A stretch of DNA of 63,369 bases, filler included, from Dicyema japonicum (taxonomy: Eukaryota > Animalia > Dicyemida): the NCBI GenBank assembly GCA_011109175.1. It is 8 parts of 8 records of this genome, joined end to end, with 100 filler letters (N's around TTAATTAATTAA, not from the genome) between each part and the next. Parts side by side here need not be neighbours in the genome. Positions count along the whole stretch, not along the records: positions 39,144 to 42,192 come from RDEW01000142.1; positions 42,293 to 57,381 come from RDEW01000050.1; 6 more parts are not named here. One strand, given 5' to 3'. The position numbers and the translations under genes were made by a program. The notes beneath the pieces are model-generated. The model saw nothing but the letters and a program-made list of their open reading frames with translations, had not been told where the DNA came from and did no database searches. Of this stretch, positions 39,144-52,074 are shown in pieces. Every line of letters starts with the position of its first letter. The first letter of the stretch is position 1.

Positions 39144-42100
39144 AAAAAATCGATTTTTCAAACATTCAAACTTAAAATAAGTGTTTAAAGTGAGATTCCA
39201 CTTTTTAACCACGCTCCCCCATTAAAAAAATCGATTTTTTAAACATTCGAATTAAGTGTTTAAAAGTGAGATTCCACTTTTTTAACCACGCTCCCCCATT
39301 AAAAAAATCGATTTTTAAAAACATTCTCGAAAAACTTATAATTAAGTGTTTAAAAGTGAGATTCCACTTTTTAACCACGCTCCCCCATTAAAAAAAATCT
39401 TAAGTGTTTAAAAGTGAGATTCCACTTTTTTAACCACGCTCCCCCATTAAAAAATCGATTTTTAAAAACATTCGAAACTTAAAATTAAGTGTTTAAAAGT
39501 GAGATTCCACTTTTTTAACCACGCTCCCCATTAAAAAAATCGATTTTTAAAAACATTCGAAACTTAAAATTAAGTGTTTAAAAGTGAGATTCCACTTTTT
39601 AACCACGCTCCCCATTAAAAAAATCGATTTTTCAAAAACATTCGAAACTTAAAATTAAGTGTTTAAAGTGAGATTCCACTTTTTTAACCACGCTCCCCCA
39701 TTAAAAAATCGATTTTTCAAAAACATTCGAAACTTAAAATTAAGTGTTTAAAAAGTGAGATTCCACTTTTTAACCACGCTCCCCATTAAAAAAATCGATT
39801 TAAGTTTTTAAAAGTGAGATTCCACTTTTTTAACCACGCTCCCCATTAAAAAAATCGATTTTTAAAAACATTCGAAACTTAAAATTAAGTGTTTAAAAGT
39901 GAGATTCCACTTTTTTAACCACGCTCCCCCATTAAAAAAATCGTTATTAAGTGTTTAAAAGTGAGATTCCACTTTTTTAACCACGCCCCCATTAAAAAAA
40001 TCGATTTTTTAAAAAACATTCGAAACTTAAAATTAAGTGTTTAAAAGTGAGATTCCACTTTTTTAACCACGCTCCCCCATTAAAAAAATCGATTAAGTGT
40101 TTAAAAGTGAGATTCCACTTTTTAACCACGCTCCCCCATTAAAAAAATCGATTTTTCAAAAACATTCGAAACTTGAAATTAGTGTTTAAAGTGAGATTCC
40201 ACTTTTTAACCACGCTCCCCATTAAAAAATCGTTTTTAAAAACATTCGAAACTTAAATTAAGTGTTTAAAAGTGAGATCCACTTTTTAACCACTCCCCCA
40301 TTAAAAAAATCCATTTTTCAAAAACATTCGAAACTTAAATTAAGTGTTTAAAAGTGAGATTCCACTTTTTTAACCACGCTCCCCCATTAAAAAAATCGAT
40401 TAAGTGTTTAAAAGTGAGATTCCACTTTTTTAACCACGCTCCCCCATTAAAAAAATCGATTTTCAAAACATTTCGAAACTTTAAAATTAAGTGTTTTAAA
40501 AGTGAGATTCCACTTTTTAACCACGCTCCCCATTAAAAAATCGATTTTTAAAACCATTCGAAACTTAAATTAAGTGTTTAAAAGTGAGATTCCACTTTTT
40601 TAACCACGCTCCCCATTAAAAAAATCGATTTTTTCAAAAATTCGAAATAAATTAAGTGTTTAAAAGTGAGATTCCACTTTTTAACCACGCTCCCCCATTA
40701 AAAAAATCGATTTTTAAAAACATTCGAAACTTAAATTAAGTGTTTAAAAGTGAGATTCCACTTTTTTAACCACGCTCGCCATTAAAAAATCGATTTTTCA
40801 AAACATTCGAAACTTAAAATTAAATGTTTAAAAGTGAGATTCCATTTTTAACCACGCTCCCCCATTAAAAAATCGATTATTAAGTGTTTAAAAGTGAGAT
40901 TCCACTTTTTTAACCACGCTCCCCCATTAAAAATCGATTTTTTCAAAAACATTCGAAACTAAAATTAAGTGTTTAAAAGTGAGATTCCACTTTTTAACCA
41001 CGCTCCCATTAAAAAAATCGATTATGTGTTTAAAAGTGAGATTCCACTTTTTTAACCACGCTCCCCCATTAAAAAAATCGATTTTTAAAAACATTCGAAA
41101 CTTAAAATTAAGTTGTTTAAAAGTGAGATTCCACTTTTTAACCACGCTCCCCATTTAAAAAATCGATTTAAGTGTTTAAAAGTGAGATTCCACTTTTTTA
41201 ACCACGCTCCCCCATTAAAAAAATCGATTAAAAACATTCGAAACTTGAATTAAGTGTTTAAAAGTGAGATTCCACTTTTTTAACCACGCTCCCCCATTAA
41301 AAAAATCGTTTTCAAAAACATTCGAAACTTAAATTAAGTGTTTAAAAGTGAGATTATTTTTTAACCACGCTCCCCATTAAAAAAAAATCGATTAAGTGTT
41401 TAAAAGTGAGATTCCACTTTTTTAACCACGCTCCCCCATTAAAAAAATCGATTTTCAAAACATCGAAACTTAGAATTAAGTGTTTAAAGTGAGATTCCAC
41501 TTTTTTAACCACGCTCCCCCATTAAAAAATCGATTTTTAAAACATTCGAAACTTAAAATTAAGTGTTTAAAAGTGAGATTCCACTTTTTAACCACGCTCG
41601 CCATTAAAAAAATCGATTTTTCAAAACATTCGAAACTTAAATTAAGTGTTTAAAAGTGAGATTCCACTTTTTTAACCACGCTCCCCATTAAAAAAATCGA
41701 TTTTTAAAACATTCGAAACTTAAATTAAGTGTTTAAAAGTGAGATTCCACTTATTTAACCACGCTCGCCATTAAAAAAATCGATTTTTCAAAACATTCGA
41801 AACTTAAAATTAAGTGTTTAAAAGTGAGATTCCACTTTTTTAACCACGCTCCCCATTAAAAAATCGATTTTTCAAAACATTCGAAACTTAAATTAAGTGT
41901 TTAAAAGTGAGATTCCACTTTTTTAACCACGCTCCCCATTAAAAAATCGATTTTTCAAAAAACTTTCGAAACTTGAAATTAAGTGTTTAAAGTGAGATTC
42001 CACTTTTTAAACCACGCTCGCCATTAAAAAAATCGATTTTTCAAAACATTCGAAACTTACAATTAAGTGTTTAAAAGTGAGATTCCACTTATTTAATCAC

Positions 42101-42192
42101 GCTCCCCCATTAAAAAAAATCGATTTTTAAAACATTCGAAACTTAAATTAAGTGTTTAAAAGTGAGATTCCACTTATTTAACCACGCTCCCC
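39144..42192. repeat. Satellite array, ~39 units, long (~84 bp) and short (~58 bp) variants
   Basis: Core TTAAGTGTTTAAAAGTGAGATTCCACTTTTTAACCACGCTCCCCATTAAAAAAATCGA with an optional TTTTTAAAAACATTCGAAACTTAAAA module. Confidence 0.97.
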
Positions 42193-42324
42193 NNNNNNNN
42201 NNNNNNNNNNNNNNNNNNNNNNNNNNNNNNNNNNNNTTAATTAATTAANNNNNNNNNNNNNNNNNNNNNNNNNNNNNNNNNNNNNNNNNNNNAAAGTGAA
42301 CTAATTCTCTTAATAATCCAAATG

Positions 42325-42485
42325 TAGTTCGAATCCCGCTGATATACATTTTGGTCGAAGCTTCCACGCATCCACGATCCTTTGCCTTGACGAGTGATAC
42401 CAGTGAACATTTCATCGCGGAACCGGATCGTCTATAAGGACATACACACAACAAAAAGAACATAGAAATGAAGAGCATTCCTTAA
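42325..42485 (+). mobile_element. tRNA-headed SINE-like element
   Basis: AGTTCGAATCCCGCTG..TTGACGAGTGA..GCGGAACC..CATACACACAAC..TAGAAATGAAGAGCATTCC, shared with 23040 and 63273. Confidence 0.65.
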
Positions 42486-42494
42486 TTCTTGTTT

Positions 42495-43085
42495 TCGACG
42501 GAGTAGTAGAAGCTATATGAATGACTAGTCATAAACCTGCAGTCGTAGACGGAGTAGTAGAATCTATATAAATGAATAGTTATTAAACCTGCTGTCTTCG
42601 ACGGAGTAGTATAAGCTATAGGAATGACTAATCATTAAACCTGATGTCTCGACGGAATAGTAGAAGCTATAGGAATGACTAGTCATTAAACCTGCTCTCA
42701 TCAACCGGAGTAGAAAAAATAGGGAAATGATTAGTCATCATAGCTTCATGAAATAGATTCCATGAAGTGAAAGAAGCTAGGGAAATGACTAGTCATCATA
42801 CCTTCTGTCAATAGAGTGGTAGAATCTGACGATATTGAACAGTCATTATACCTGTTGTCGTCGATGAAGTAGTAGAAGCTATAGGAATGACTAGTCATAA
42901 ACCTGCAGTCGTAGACGGAGTAGTAGAATCTATATGAATGAATAGTTATTAAACCTGCTGTCTTCGACGGAGTAGTAGAAGCTATAGGAATGACTAGTCA
43001 TTAAACCTGTTCTCTCTCAAACAGATTGGATAAAATAGGGAAATGATTAGTAATTATACCTTCAGGAAATAGATTTCATGAAGTG
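42495..43085. repeat. ~52-bp minisatellite with a ~367-bp higher-order repeat
   Basis: Unit approx CGACGGAGTAGTAGAAGCTATAGGAATGACTAGTCATTAAACCTGCTGTCTT. Confidence 0.88.
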
Positions 43086-45019
43086 AAAAGGATCATTTGC
43101 TCTTCTCCACTCCACTGTAGGGGTTTCCACAACTGCATGTAATGGACGTCTTACCTTTTATGCTGATACCTGATGGACTCTGTTTCTGTAGAAGTGGAAA
43201 CTGGATACACTTAAATAGTTGTTTACTTGAACTTCTTTCTCGGTGTATCCGGGATTAATAAATAAATAATCGACGAAACCACACTTCCAATTACCTGTTC
43301 GAAAACTATTAAGTTTACAAGGAATTTAAAAAATCCTTTATTTCACACAATTTTCTAACAGTTCCAAACTGATTGCCCTCATAGTTTTATGTTTCAATAA
43401 TCTATTTAAGGAAACCCATCAAATTCTACATATACTTCGTCTACCTTAATATGTGCGACACATGGATTTACCTCCACATATTTATTTTGTCAAATGCGTG
43501 AATTGCAGGCGTTTTGTCCGTCTGCTGAGTTTCTTCATCTAGAAAACGCCGACTTATTTTATTAAAGTGATGCTTGTACTTTTTAGATTCTATCTCACCG
43601 CTTTGTGTCAAATTAACGGCGTTATTAATAAATCCGACCTCGTTTATTGCTTATCTGATTATTTAGTGCTTAAGAATGTAAAAAATACTGATATTTTGCA
43701 CAAAATCGTGATAACTTAACTTTATTCCCAAAAAAGGATTACTTTCAATACCCCTCTGGATTCATCAAATTCTGTAAATTTCATCTGTTTTGCACAAAAT
43801 GATTTCTCTGCCCGACGGATTTTTGGAGATGAGTGCGTATTTATGTTCTGCCAGCACCTTTTATAACCACGTGGATAGACATACTAGTGTCCTCAAAAAT
43901 GCAGGAAGAATCATCACCTAGTGGTCACTAGTAGTCTGTTCCATCAACTCAACTTCCGTTGTTTTTTTCACGGATTTTTAAACAGGCTGTTCCCTAAAGT
44001 AAGAAATTTAGATTTTTGTCGTGAAAGCTGAGACATACTATCTGGTTTAATTGACTAAGGTGTGCTTGATGCCGGCGAAACAGGTGGATGTTTTCGATAA
44101 CGTTCTAGATAGTTATTTATCGGAAAATAGACGACCTCGTTCACTGTCAGCCTGTTTTTTCTCCTTAAACCTGCTTATTTGGGTTTTTTGACTTTTCTAA
44201 TTGTAGACAGAGTCTCTTCCACGAACTGGAATAACAATTTTGAGATATTTGAAGGAATTATCTCTCCCGATGATCAGTACAATCTTCAACTCCAAGTAAA
44301 CAACTTTGAACATGATGAAAGCTTTTTGTGAGATTTATTTATGTTATTTTCTAAGAAATAAATCCATCAAGCTTCTTAGTATTTGTATGGACCCCAATTG
44401 TACTGCGAGCACGTAATTTGACTGATAACAGATGTTTATACCGCAATTGATTGTGATTGGCTTTTTCGTTGTGTTAACATATTTAGCTGTGTTTTGATTG
44501 GTGGAATAGAGTGGGATTTATTGGATCAATTTACCCTACAACTTCGAAGCTTCGGAGCATCGGTGCTTTTGTCCATAAACTTCACTTCAGAGATAATTCT
44601 TACTCTGAAATCAAGAGTGACTGTCGTGCTCCATGCAGGTTACACCAATTCTAAGCGCTACACTTTGAACTTGTATTTTTTTGGATGTTGACATCTAAAG
44701 TCAATTAACCACAATTAATTCACTATTTATTCATAAATCGAATTACCCGTGTTAGAAAAATGCATATTAAATAAAAAAACATGATGAAATAAGTTCATGA
44801 GTTATTCTATAAGATAGTAATGGTTCAAGCGTTATTCTACAAATTTGTCATAGAAATGACATAGATTAATTACTTTATAAAAATAGAAATATGATTCTTG
44901 AAATGAATTTATAAATACATGCGTATTAAAAATACTCGGAGAGACTCTGGACTGCTTGTGTCTTCTTACATGCATACGTCATTATTCCCTCTGAAAAAAA
45001 GTCTCAACGTACAGAGCCT

Positions 45020-45225
45020 TGCATATGTTTTTGAGGACCTCTCCCTATTTCACCCAATGTGACCAACTCGCACAGATTAAAGGGTTCTTCCTTACGATAG
45101 TGGAAGGTATCTTCAACGTCCGGTTCGAGGATTACTCATGGAAGCAAGCCACGCTGCCAGTGAGACTTGGGGGGCTTGAAATTCGCAACCCAGAAGACAT
45201 TTCTCATCCTGCATATCTATCGTCG
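45020..45225 (+). mobile_element. CRE-like retrotransposon fragment
   Basis: WKQATLPVRLGGLEIR....SHPAYLSS. Confidence 0.7.
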
Positions 45226-45239
45226 CAGTTTTAAAAGAG

Positions 45240-45900
45240 CGTGGATGACCACATTTATTTTTATTAACTGGATGATAAAATGCTATAACTTTTTAGGGCA
45301 GAGAAGTCAATTTAGCTTCTTATAGATAATTGTTTTTCTCATTGCTTTTGGAAAATATTAAAATACAGGAATAATTCAGCCAATGGATTTGGGAATTATT
45401 AAAACATTCAATGTCCACTTTATTAGACACAAATTGGAGTATCTTACTGGATTATTGGAAAAAAAACATTTCAGTTAATGTATAATATAAAAATTTGAAG
45501 CTAAAGACATTTTCTATTTATAAAATATCCTGGGAAGATGTTATCTAAAACAATCAAAAATTGTTTTAAAATTCTAAAAAAATTCGAATATTAGTACAGC
45601 ATAGTAAATGTGAACATAAGAAATATTATATAATACGGATATTCACGATCCGATTGAAATCGAAGAGTTTATGTCTAAGAAAAAATAACATCATTAATTT
45701 ATGATAATGAGATACTCATCCACCAAGAAACTACTGATGTAATGAATCTTCTAAGCAAGAATGAAATAACATACAATTTAAGCGAAATTGAAAAAGATCA
45801 TTTTGAGAAAGTTAAAAACGAAGAGGTTTCGTTTTTATTACATGCAAATACTAGAGATATCAAAAAGAATGTTATGTTGTTCAATTATGTCGTGTCCGAT
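45240..45900 (+). mobile_element. pogo/Tigger (DDE_1) transposase relic; second copy ~53260-53750
   Basis: NTGIIQPMDLGIIKTF motif. Confidence 0.65.
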
Positions 45901-46079
45901 CTTGGAGATCTCTGAACGCCTGAGAATTGAATGTTTTTTATAAAATTTAATAGTTCACTTTTTAAATAATTTTTATCGTAACAAAATCAAATTTTCATCG
46001 ATGAGAAGTTTCCCATTAACTATTATAAAATTATTGATTTTTTAAACAAAATAATTTTTTAACAATTAAACAAATATCA

Positions 46080-46560
46080 GTTGAGGAAGCCAGCTTCGTG
46101 GATTGCGAATGAATTCCCTCGGTGTATGTATTAGCCATAACCCTTCTTGTTGATTCCTTTTATTTTTTCCACGCATTCCTCCGAGTTCTCGCAAGAATCA
46201 AGACTCACTGGTTCAAGCTGTACTGGGATGTCTGTAGCATCAGAGCTCTGACGATCACATCGTTCAGAGCAGCATGACGTGGTCCTCTTCCGGCGCTTAT
46301 TCTGCAGGACTTCGGGTGCAATCCCTTTGTATCGTCTGTTTTCCCGTATCGGCATCGGTGTTTCGGGCAAACGTTTAGTCCCAGCCTTTGTCCGATTCCA
46401 ATCCTTAAAGAATAATCGTCTAAAAAGGTCCCGACGTTTGGGAAAGTATTGCACCATGCCATGCTCCACTTCTTCCACTTGAAGCTGACACCCACCAAGC
46501 CAGACAATGTTGATTTGTATCTTTTTTAAGGTCTTCTAGAATTTTGGAGCAGACAATTAT
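46080..46560 (-). mobile_element. CRE-like retrotransposon 3' end with ~250-bp internal deletion relative to 53905-54660
   Basis: IGIGQRLGLNVC..RCR..KGLHPKSCRISAGRGPRHAALNDVI. Confidence 0.8.
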
Positions 46561-48364
46561 GGATTAAAATCTGAAATTTCCAATTCCCAAATTTGCCGAA
46601 AAAAATGCTGGTACCAAAAATGGCAAATTTGGGAGAGTTTACTGTATTTATTTTTGTATTTAACAAATAAAAATAAAATTAAATCTTAATTTTTAGGTCA
46701 ACTTGTAATACATATTAGATAAACCTTTTATACTTTTAGGTCAACAAGAGCCAAATCCTATTACAAAAACGCTTACCCTGAGGACAAGAGCCCCGCCGTT
46801 AGACCAATAATCCTAATTCTAACTTATATCCGACAATAGTTTTAATTAACCAATTTTTGTTAAACTCTATCCTCGAACTGTTTTAAAGGAGATTATGTAT
46901 CATAGACTTTTACTGAAATAAAGTTTAATGATGAGGATCATAATTACCTGAAAAATTAGTCTCTGTCGAGTTATTTAAATATCCACCTGATAGTGAACAT
47001 AATGTTCTAACGCTTGATTGAAAGTAATCAGAATAAATGTGTTACTCTTGATAATAAAATTTCGACTTCTTTAACAACTTTTTTTAAAGTGCCTGAATTC
47101 TATTGGGTAAGGTTGATCAGATAACGTAACCAGAAATAAGGAAAAGAAATCGTTAATCAAGTATCAACATTACACCACTTGCTTTCTCGTCTTCCATTTA
47201 AAAATAATTTTCAATTTTTAGACTCGTTGTTATAGAGAAAACTAGAGGGATAAACATGAAGTCACTTTCTTTTTTCAGAAGACTCTCAAAAGGGTGTTAC
47301 TTCAGAACGCATTGAAACTCAATGGCTCTTAAAGATTACTCGATTCCTATCATGATAGGCAAATCAGTTATTACTACACCCCAGGATAACTGTGTCAAAT
47401 AGAAAAAATTGTTTACTAGGTTAGTGATCCCAGTCCGAGAAGGAAGATGACGAATCCGGTGGGGTCGTGAATCCTGTGCTGTTTTTCTCATAGGGGATGG
47501 TATCTGTGTGATTGTAGATCTTTTGAGATATTTTGATAAGACCTCTTTGTGATTGTAGATATTTTGATTGTGTCTGAAACAGAGGGAAGCTCTGTAGACT
47601 AGGTGTCTTTAAGTGTTTCTGTTTTAATTCGAATTCTGTTGAAATTCGTGTTTTGTGTCTAGCTTGTTGTAAATTTACGTTCCTTCCCACAAGGGTCATT
47701 GGATTGGATCCACCCTACTGAGGAGACTCCCAATTTCGGGCCGGCATCAAAAGGATCAAACTATTCTTTGCACTGGGAGACAATTTCGTTACATGCAGAT
47801 ATTTTAGGGAATCGCTGAAACCGTCAGGATCAAGGAGTTAGTTAGTTTGGTTTTACCCTTGATCTTTGGAATAATTTCATTTTTATTATTTATTAAAAAG
47901 ATTTCAATGTGCTCGATTTTGAGTTCTTAACTTTATTGTGCCTCTTTGCTAACCGTGGGAAGACCAATGCAATTAGTCTGAAATATTTTTGATCTTGTGC
48001 TTCCCTTTTAGCTGCATGGTATGAATTTTGTAGTAAAAGGCATATTATCAGTGTACTGTCTGGGTGATAATTCCTTCGACGACTTTCTATAACTTCTATT
48101 TATTATATCCAAGGCTCTCGAAAAATCTATAATCAAAACTGCACGTTTTGTGTTTCAAACAAAAAAACACGAATAATCTGCAGTATACCTTCCATCCCTG
48201 AATCCACTCTAATTAGGAGACAGATATCTATGATTCCACTGAGGTCAGGACTGATACGACTGACTGTTTTTCGTATCGTAGTATGAAGATATTTTGGGAG
48301 AGGGGTGTTTAGGGTCCTTTTAGCTTGACAAGTTCTGTGATAAACTAGAACTCCCACTTGCAAA

Positions 48365-48896
48365 GACCTAGTAGTTCGAGCATTTATAAGCGTACAGAGA
48401 TCTCCTACGACTTCTTTTAAAGCCATATGTCTGGAAAATCTGCCTGTACTAACTGCAAGAGAGAGAATGTAATCCAAAACAGTCGATCTGGTTTCACGGA
48501 CTTTAATCCCAGTCGTAAGGAGATCCCAATAAGGACGGATTCATTTTCCAGGAAAGTACCCAAAACTCTAGTGGGAACTGCTTTGAGCGAGGCACTGCTC
48601 TCGGAGCCCCGACAAAAGACAGGCAGGGCTGTGTTGGTTAGATGACACTTGCAAATCTTCGAAAGAATTCCAGCATATAGGATCGTCCAGTCTTGCTGGA
48701 AGAACGGGAAATACAGGGAAAGCTGATATGCACGGCTCCAGGCCTCAAGATCATGGCCGGCGTCCTTGTCGATAGAGAATTCAGGTAGAGAGTTTAGAAT
48801 ATTCTTTACAAGGGAGTTACAGGCAATTAGCGAAAATAGATATGCAGGGATAATAAGGTCTAGTAAGTTTCGAATTCCAACTCCTCCGAGTCTCAT
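48365..48896 (-). mobile_element. CRE-like retrotransposon fragment present next to duplication copy A only
   Basis: RLGGVGIR..PAYL, IGISLRLG, GRFSRH; absent at the equivalent junction of copy B (56466). Confidence 0.75.
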
Positions 48897-48980
48897 TTTA
48901 CAAAATTAATAAAATTAATATTAATTAATTTTTATTTAAAAATAAATTTTTTTAATTCATTATTAGGTCACTTTCTGATA

Positions 48981-49819
48981 ATGCTCCTATTACTAGGTTT
49001 ATTAAATAAATTAATAATAGTCATATTTGCGTGTTTAGTAAGCAATAGAAATGTGTCGCAGAATATTGATACTTTTGAAAAATTGTCTATTAATGTCCCT
49101 GTGTGGAGTGGATTAGATAATAACCGCGTTGTATCGTTGTTTAGTGGGATAATTGAAGTTGAATATAAAATTAATAATACTGTAATCAGATTATATTTAT
49201 AAAGATAAAATATGAAAATTTAATTGACGCAATTTTTTACTTTAAATTACCATGAAATTTTTCACCTTATGAGCTGAAATGGAAGAAAAATGATGTAGAA
49301 TTCATAATTTTAGCTTCCTGTGAATCAAAAAATATATATGTTTTCTGGGAATTAGCATTGATTTCCATTCATATATATATGTTTACTCCAAGTATTAAGA
49401 TTTGGACGACTGGTTATTACAACTGCTCTGAACTAGTCGTAAAAATTTCTGAATCTGCAACTATAATAATAAGAGATTTGAAAATGCAACTATCAAAATC
49501 AGATAATAACAAAATATTTACTGGAAAAAGTACTTATGATAACCAATATTTAGCACTCGGATGTGATTTTGAAAGAAATCTCCAATTCAAATCAACATCC
49601 CATATGAGTACAAAAATAAAAACAACTACTTCTCAACGTTATATAAAAAATACAATGCACTCTCATACAATAAGTAATATTAAGTTAAATTTAGAAATCA
49701 AATCTCCAGTACTAGTTTGTTTATTTGGTGGGATAGTTGTGATCTTTGCCGTCATTTATTTAATAATATATAAAAGAAGACGTTTTTATCCAGTACAGAT
49801 TGGCATATTTAATTACTAA
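48981..49819 (+). CDS. Candidate orphan type-I membrane protein (signal peptide, ectodomain, TM, short basic tail)
   Basis: Candidate GT-AG introns 48997-49020 (24 nt) and 49182-49204 (23 nt) join ORFs 48981 and 49358 in frame; N-term MLLLLVIFACLVS; TM VLVCLFGGIVVIFAVIYLIIY then KRRRF; one in-frame TGA at 49253 unexplained. Confidence 0.55.
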
Positions 49820-50429
49820 TATTATTTTCTTTTAGATTTTAAAAATGACAATTATTTCATATAAGGCTTAATAGTTATCTCTAACGAATGAAACTTCAAG
49901 AAAAGTAAAATCTATGTTCAATTTATTATCTTGTCCATCAACGTAGTGATTACTTTTTCATTTATGATTATATATAAATAATTCATTGATATTAAACGAC
50001 CAAAATAACATGGGGATGTAGAGAAGTGGCTTAGACTGTTTTTTTATTTTATAAAGATAGACATTGTATAAGGTGGAGTGATTGTAGAAGTAAGATATCA
50101 TCGTTGTGTGAAAAGTGGTGATATCTATAGTTTTTTTTATTAAGGAGTAAATAAAATTAATAATCACAAATTTTACTGGAAAAACATTTCAGCAATTGTG
50201 GAATAAATTGGTAGTAAATTTTCCCTTTGATCATAAATTAAAATGGAATAGCAGACAACATTCTGTGAAGTGGAAAACTCATTTTCGATTTTTTAAAATT
50301 TTTAACATAGATTGAAATTTCCAACCCGAAAATATTATTTATTTTTGTGTTTGACAATAAAATAAATCAATTTTAGAAAAATAATCAGTTAATTTATCCC
50401 CAGTAAATCATATTTAAAACTGCCATCCA

Positions 50430-50680
50430 TCCAAAGTAAACCCCGCCGACATTGTCGACGTTGCGTTGCCTCTCACGATTGCAACAGAGATCAACTGGAG
50501 TAGCCACCGAACCTCACGTGCGTCGTGGCTTTTTAGTGTAGCTAAGCGTCCAAGTTTCTTTAGGAAGCGAAGCTATTTTCCACTTATTCCTCCAGTTGTC
50601 TCGACCACTATCGGATAAAACGCGAATCGGTCGCGTAGCGCTTCGTATTTCTTCTCATTTGCCATCATCGTTTTTTCCGT
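50430..50680 (-). mobile_element. CRE-like retrotransposon extreme 3' end
   Basis: EKKYEALRDRFAFYPIVVETTG...LISVAIVRGNA. Confidence 0.75.
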
Positions 50681-51750
50681 TTGACAATTAAAAATAAAAT
50701 CAACTTTTAATTTTTATGTCAATTTTTTTAATATATTTATCAATTCAAGATAACATTTTATACCTTCAGGTCAACAAAAGCCTAATCCTATCAGCAATTT
50801 CGCTGACTCTAAAAACAAGAGCCCCGCCGTTACACCAATAATCCTAACACTAACTTTTATAACGAAAATAGTTTTTATTAACTAATTTCTGTTAAACTCT
50901 ATAAAAATCAAATCAATAAAATATTTTTACATTATTGACCTAAAATATAATTTTGATTTTTTGACTTTATAGCTACTGATTTGTATAATATTTTCGATTA
51001 AAGAGTACATTAAGATGTCTGATTGGATAATATCGTAGTCTGTTTGTTAGTCGAGAAATAAATATGTATCCTATATTTTTAGAAATACTTTAATTGTTTG
51101 AGTTAAAATCAAATAATTGGTTCTAGTTACTTTATTTTGTGCGAATTCATGTGTCTATAAAGGATCAAATCCATAGATTGCACATTCATGATATAAATGA
51201 TTTTTAAAATTATTAAGATATTTCAAAAATGTGGTTAATAAACAAAATATCATTTAAAAAAAGTTTCAAATAGAAAATTGGTTTGGGTTAAATTAATTCA
51301 AAGTGTACACAGAATACTTATCCAGTTGATGACATGTAATGTAAATCAAATTCTGAGAAAAAGATAGAGAAAGTCAATCTGTGTATAAATATGAAATTCC
51401 AAAGTTAAATAAACTTCGTTCATATATATTTTATGTAATAAAATTAGAATTTGATTCCAAGTCCCCAAGGAAATCCTTTTGATAAAATAACGAGTTTTTT
51501 CCAAGTACATTTGGACGTCTTGTCGGAGAACATTGTAAATTTTGGTGTTTGTCAGGAAAAATTGTGTACGCAATTTTGTGAACAAATATAATTTTGAAAT
51601 TAATTAAATTTTGATAATTTGTTATTAGACAAAGATTCTTTTCGATGCCATCGAAGATAAAAAAAAACGTTTTTATTACGTGAAGTGAGATTAGAGAGAG
51701 GAGGAAATTGAATTGAAATATAAGCAAATATTTTTTGATGTGTATGGAGC

Positions 51751-52074
51751 CCCTTTCATCGGAGAACCGCGGATGCTGGAAACAATTATCACATCTAAGG
51801 AAGTTTAGAGTGCGTGCAGTAAGCTAAAGAATCACAGGAGCCCTGGACCAGACAACATCCCTCCCGAACTGCTGAAATATGGACCTATGCGTCTATTCGA
51901 AACCATTGCGACATTGTTAAATGGAATGTTTACATCCAACTCTGTCCTACCACTGGGGAAAGGGACATTGATACCTATACAAAAGCCTAACAAAACAAAG
52001 GGACCACTAGAAAGCCTACGCCCAGTCATATTGTTAAACACATTACGAAAAGTTCTTGCATCTGTTGCTTTGGA
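51751..52074 (+). mobile_element. RTE-clade reverse transcriptase fragment
   Basis: SPGPDNIPPELLKYG...LIPIQKP..KGPLESLRPVILLNTLRKVL; runs into a gap. Confidence 0.8.

Larger units (their letters stand above)
45226..48353. repeat. Copy A of a ~3.1-kb direct duplication (copy B 53255-56466)
   Basis: Collinear from CAGTT..AAAAGAGCGTGGATGACCAC to GATAAACTAGAACTC; roughly 90% identical by eye. Confidence 0.9.

Noticed and set aside
40354-41154. ORFs inside the satellite
   Set aside because: By-products of repeat periodicity
39144-42192. CRISPR-like repeat/spacer look
   Set aside because: The intervening module is the same sequence each time, not unique spacers; no cas genes; eukaryotic context
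42495-43085. Mucin-like Thr/Ser repeat protein (IPIASTTPS..) on the minus strand
   Set aside because: Typical unit is 52 nt, so the frame is not kept and stops occur
47400-48353. IIDFSRALD segment as a reverse-transcriptase motif
   Set aside because: Not conserved in copy B (IIVFSKSLN) and no other RT motifs follow; left unassigned
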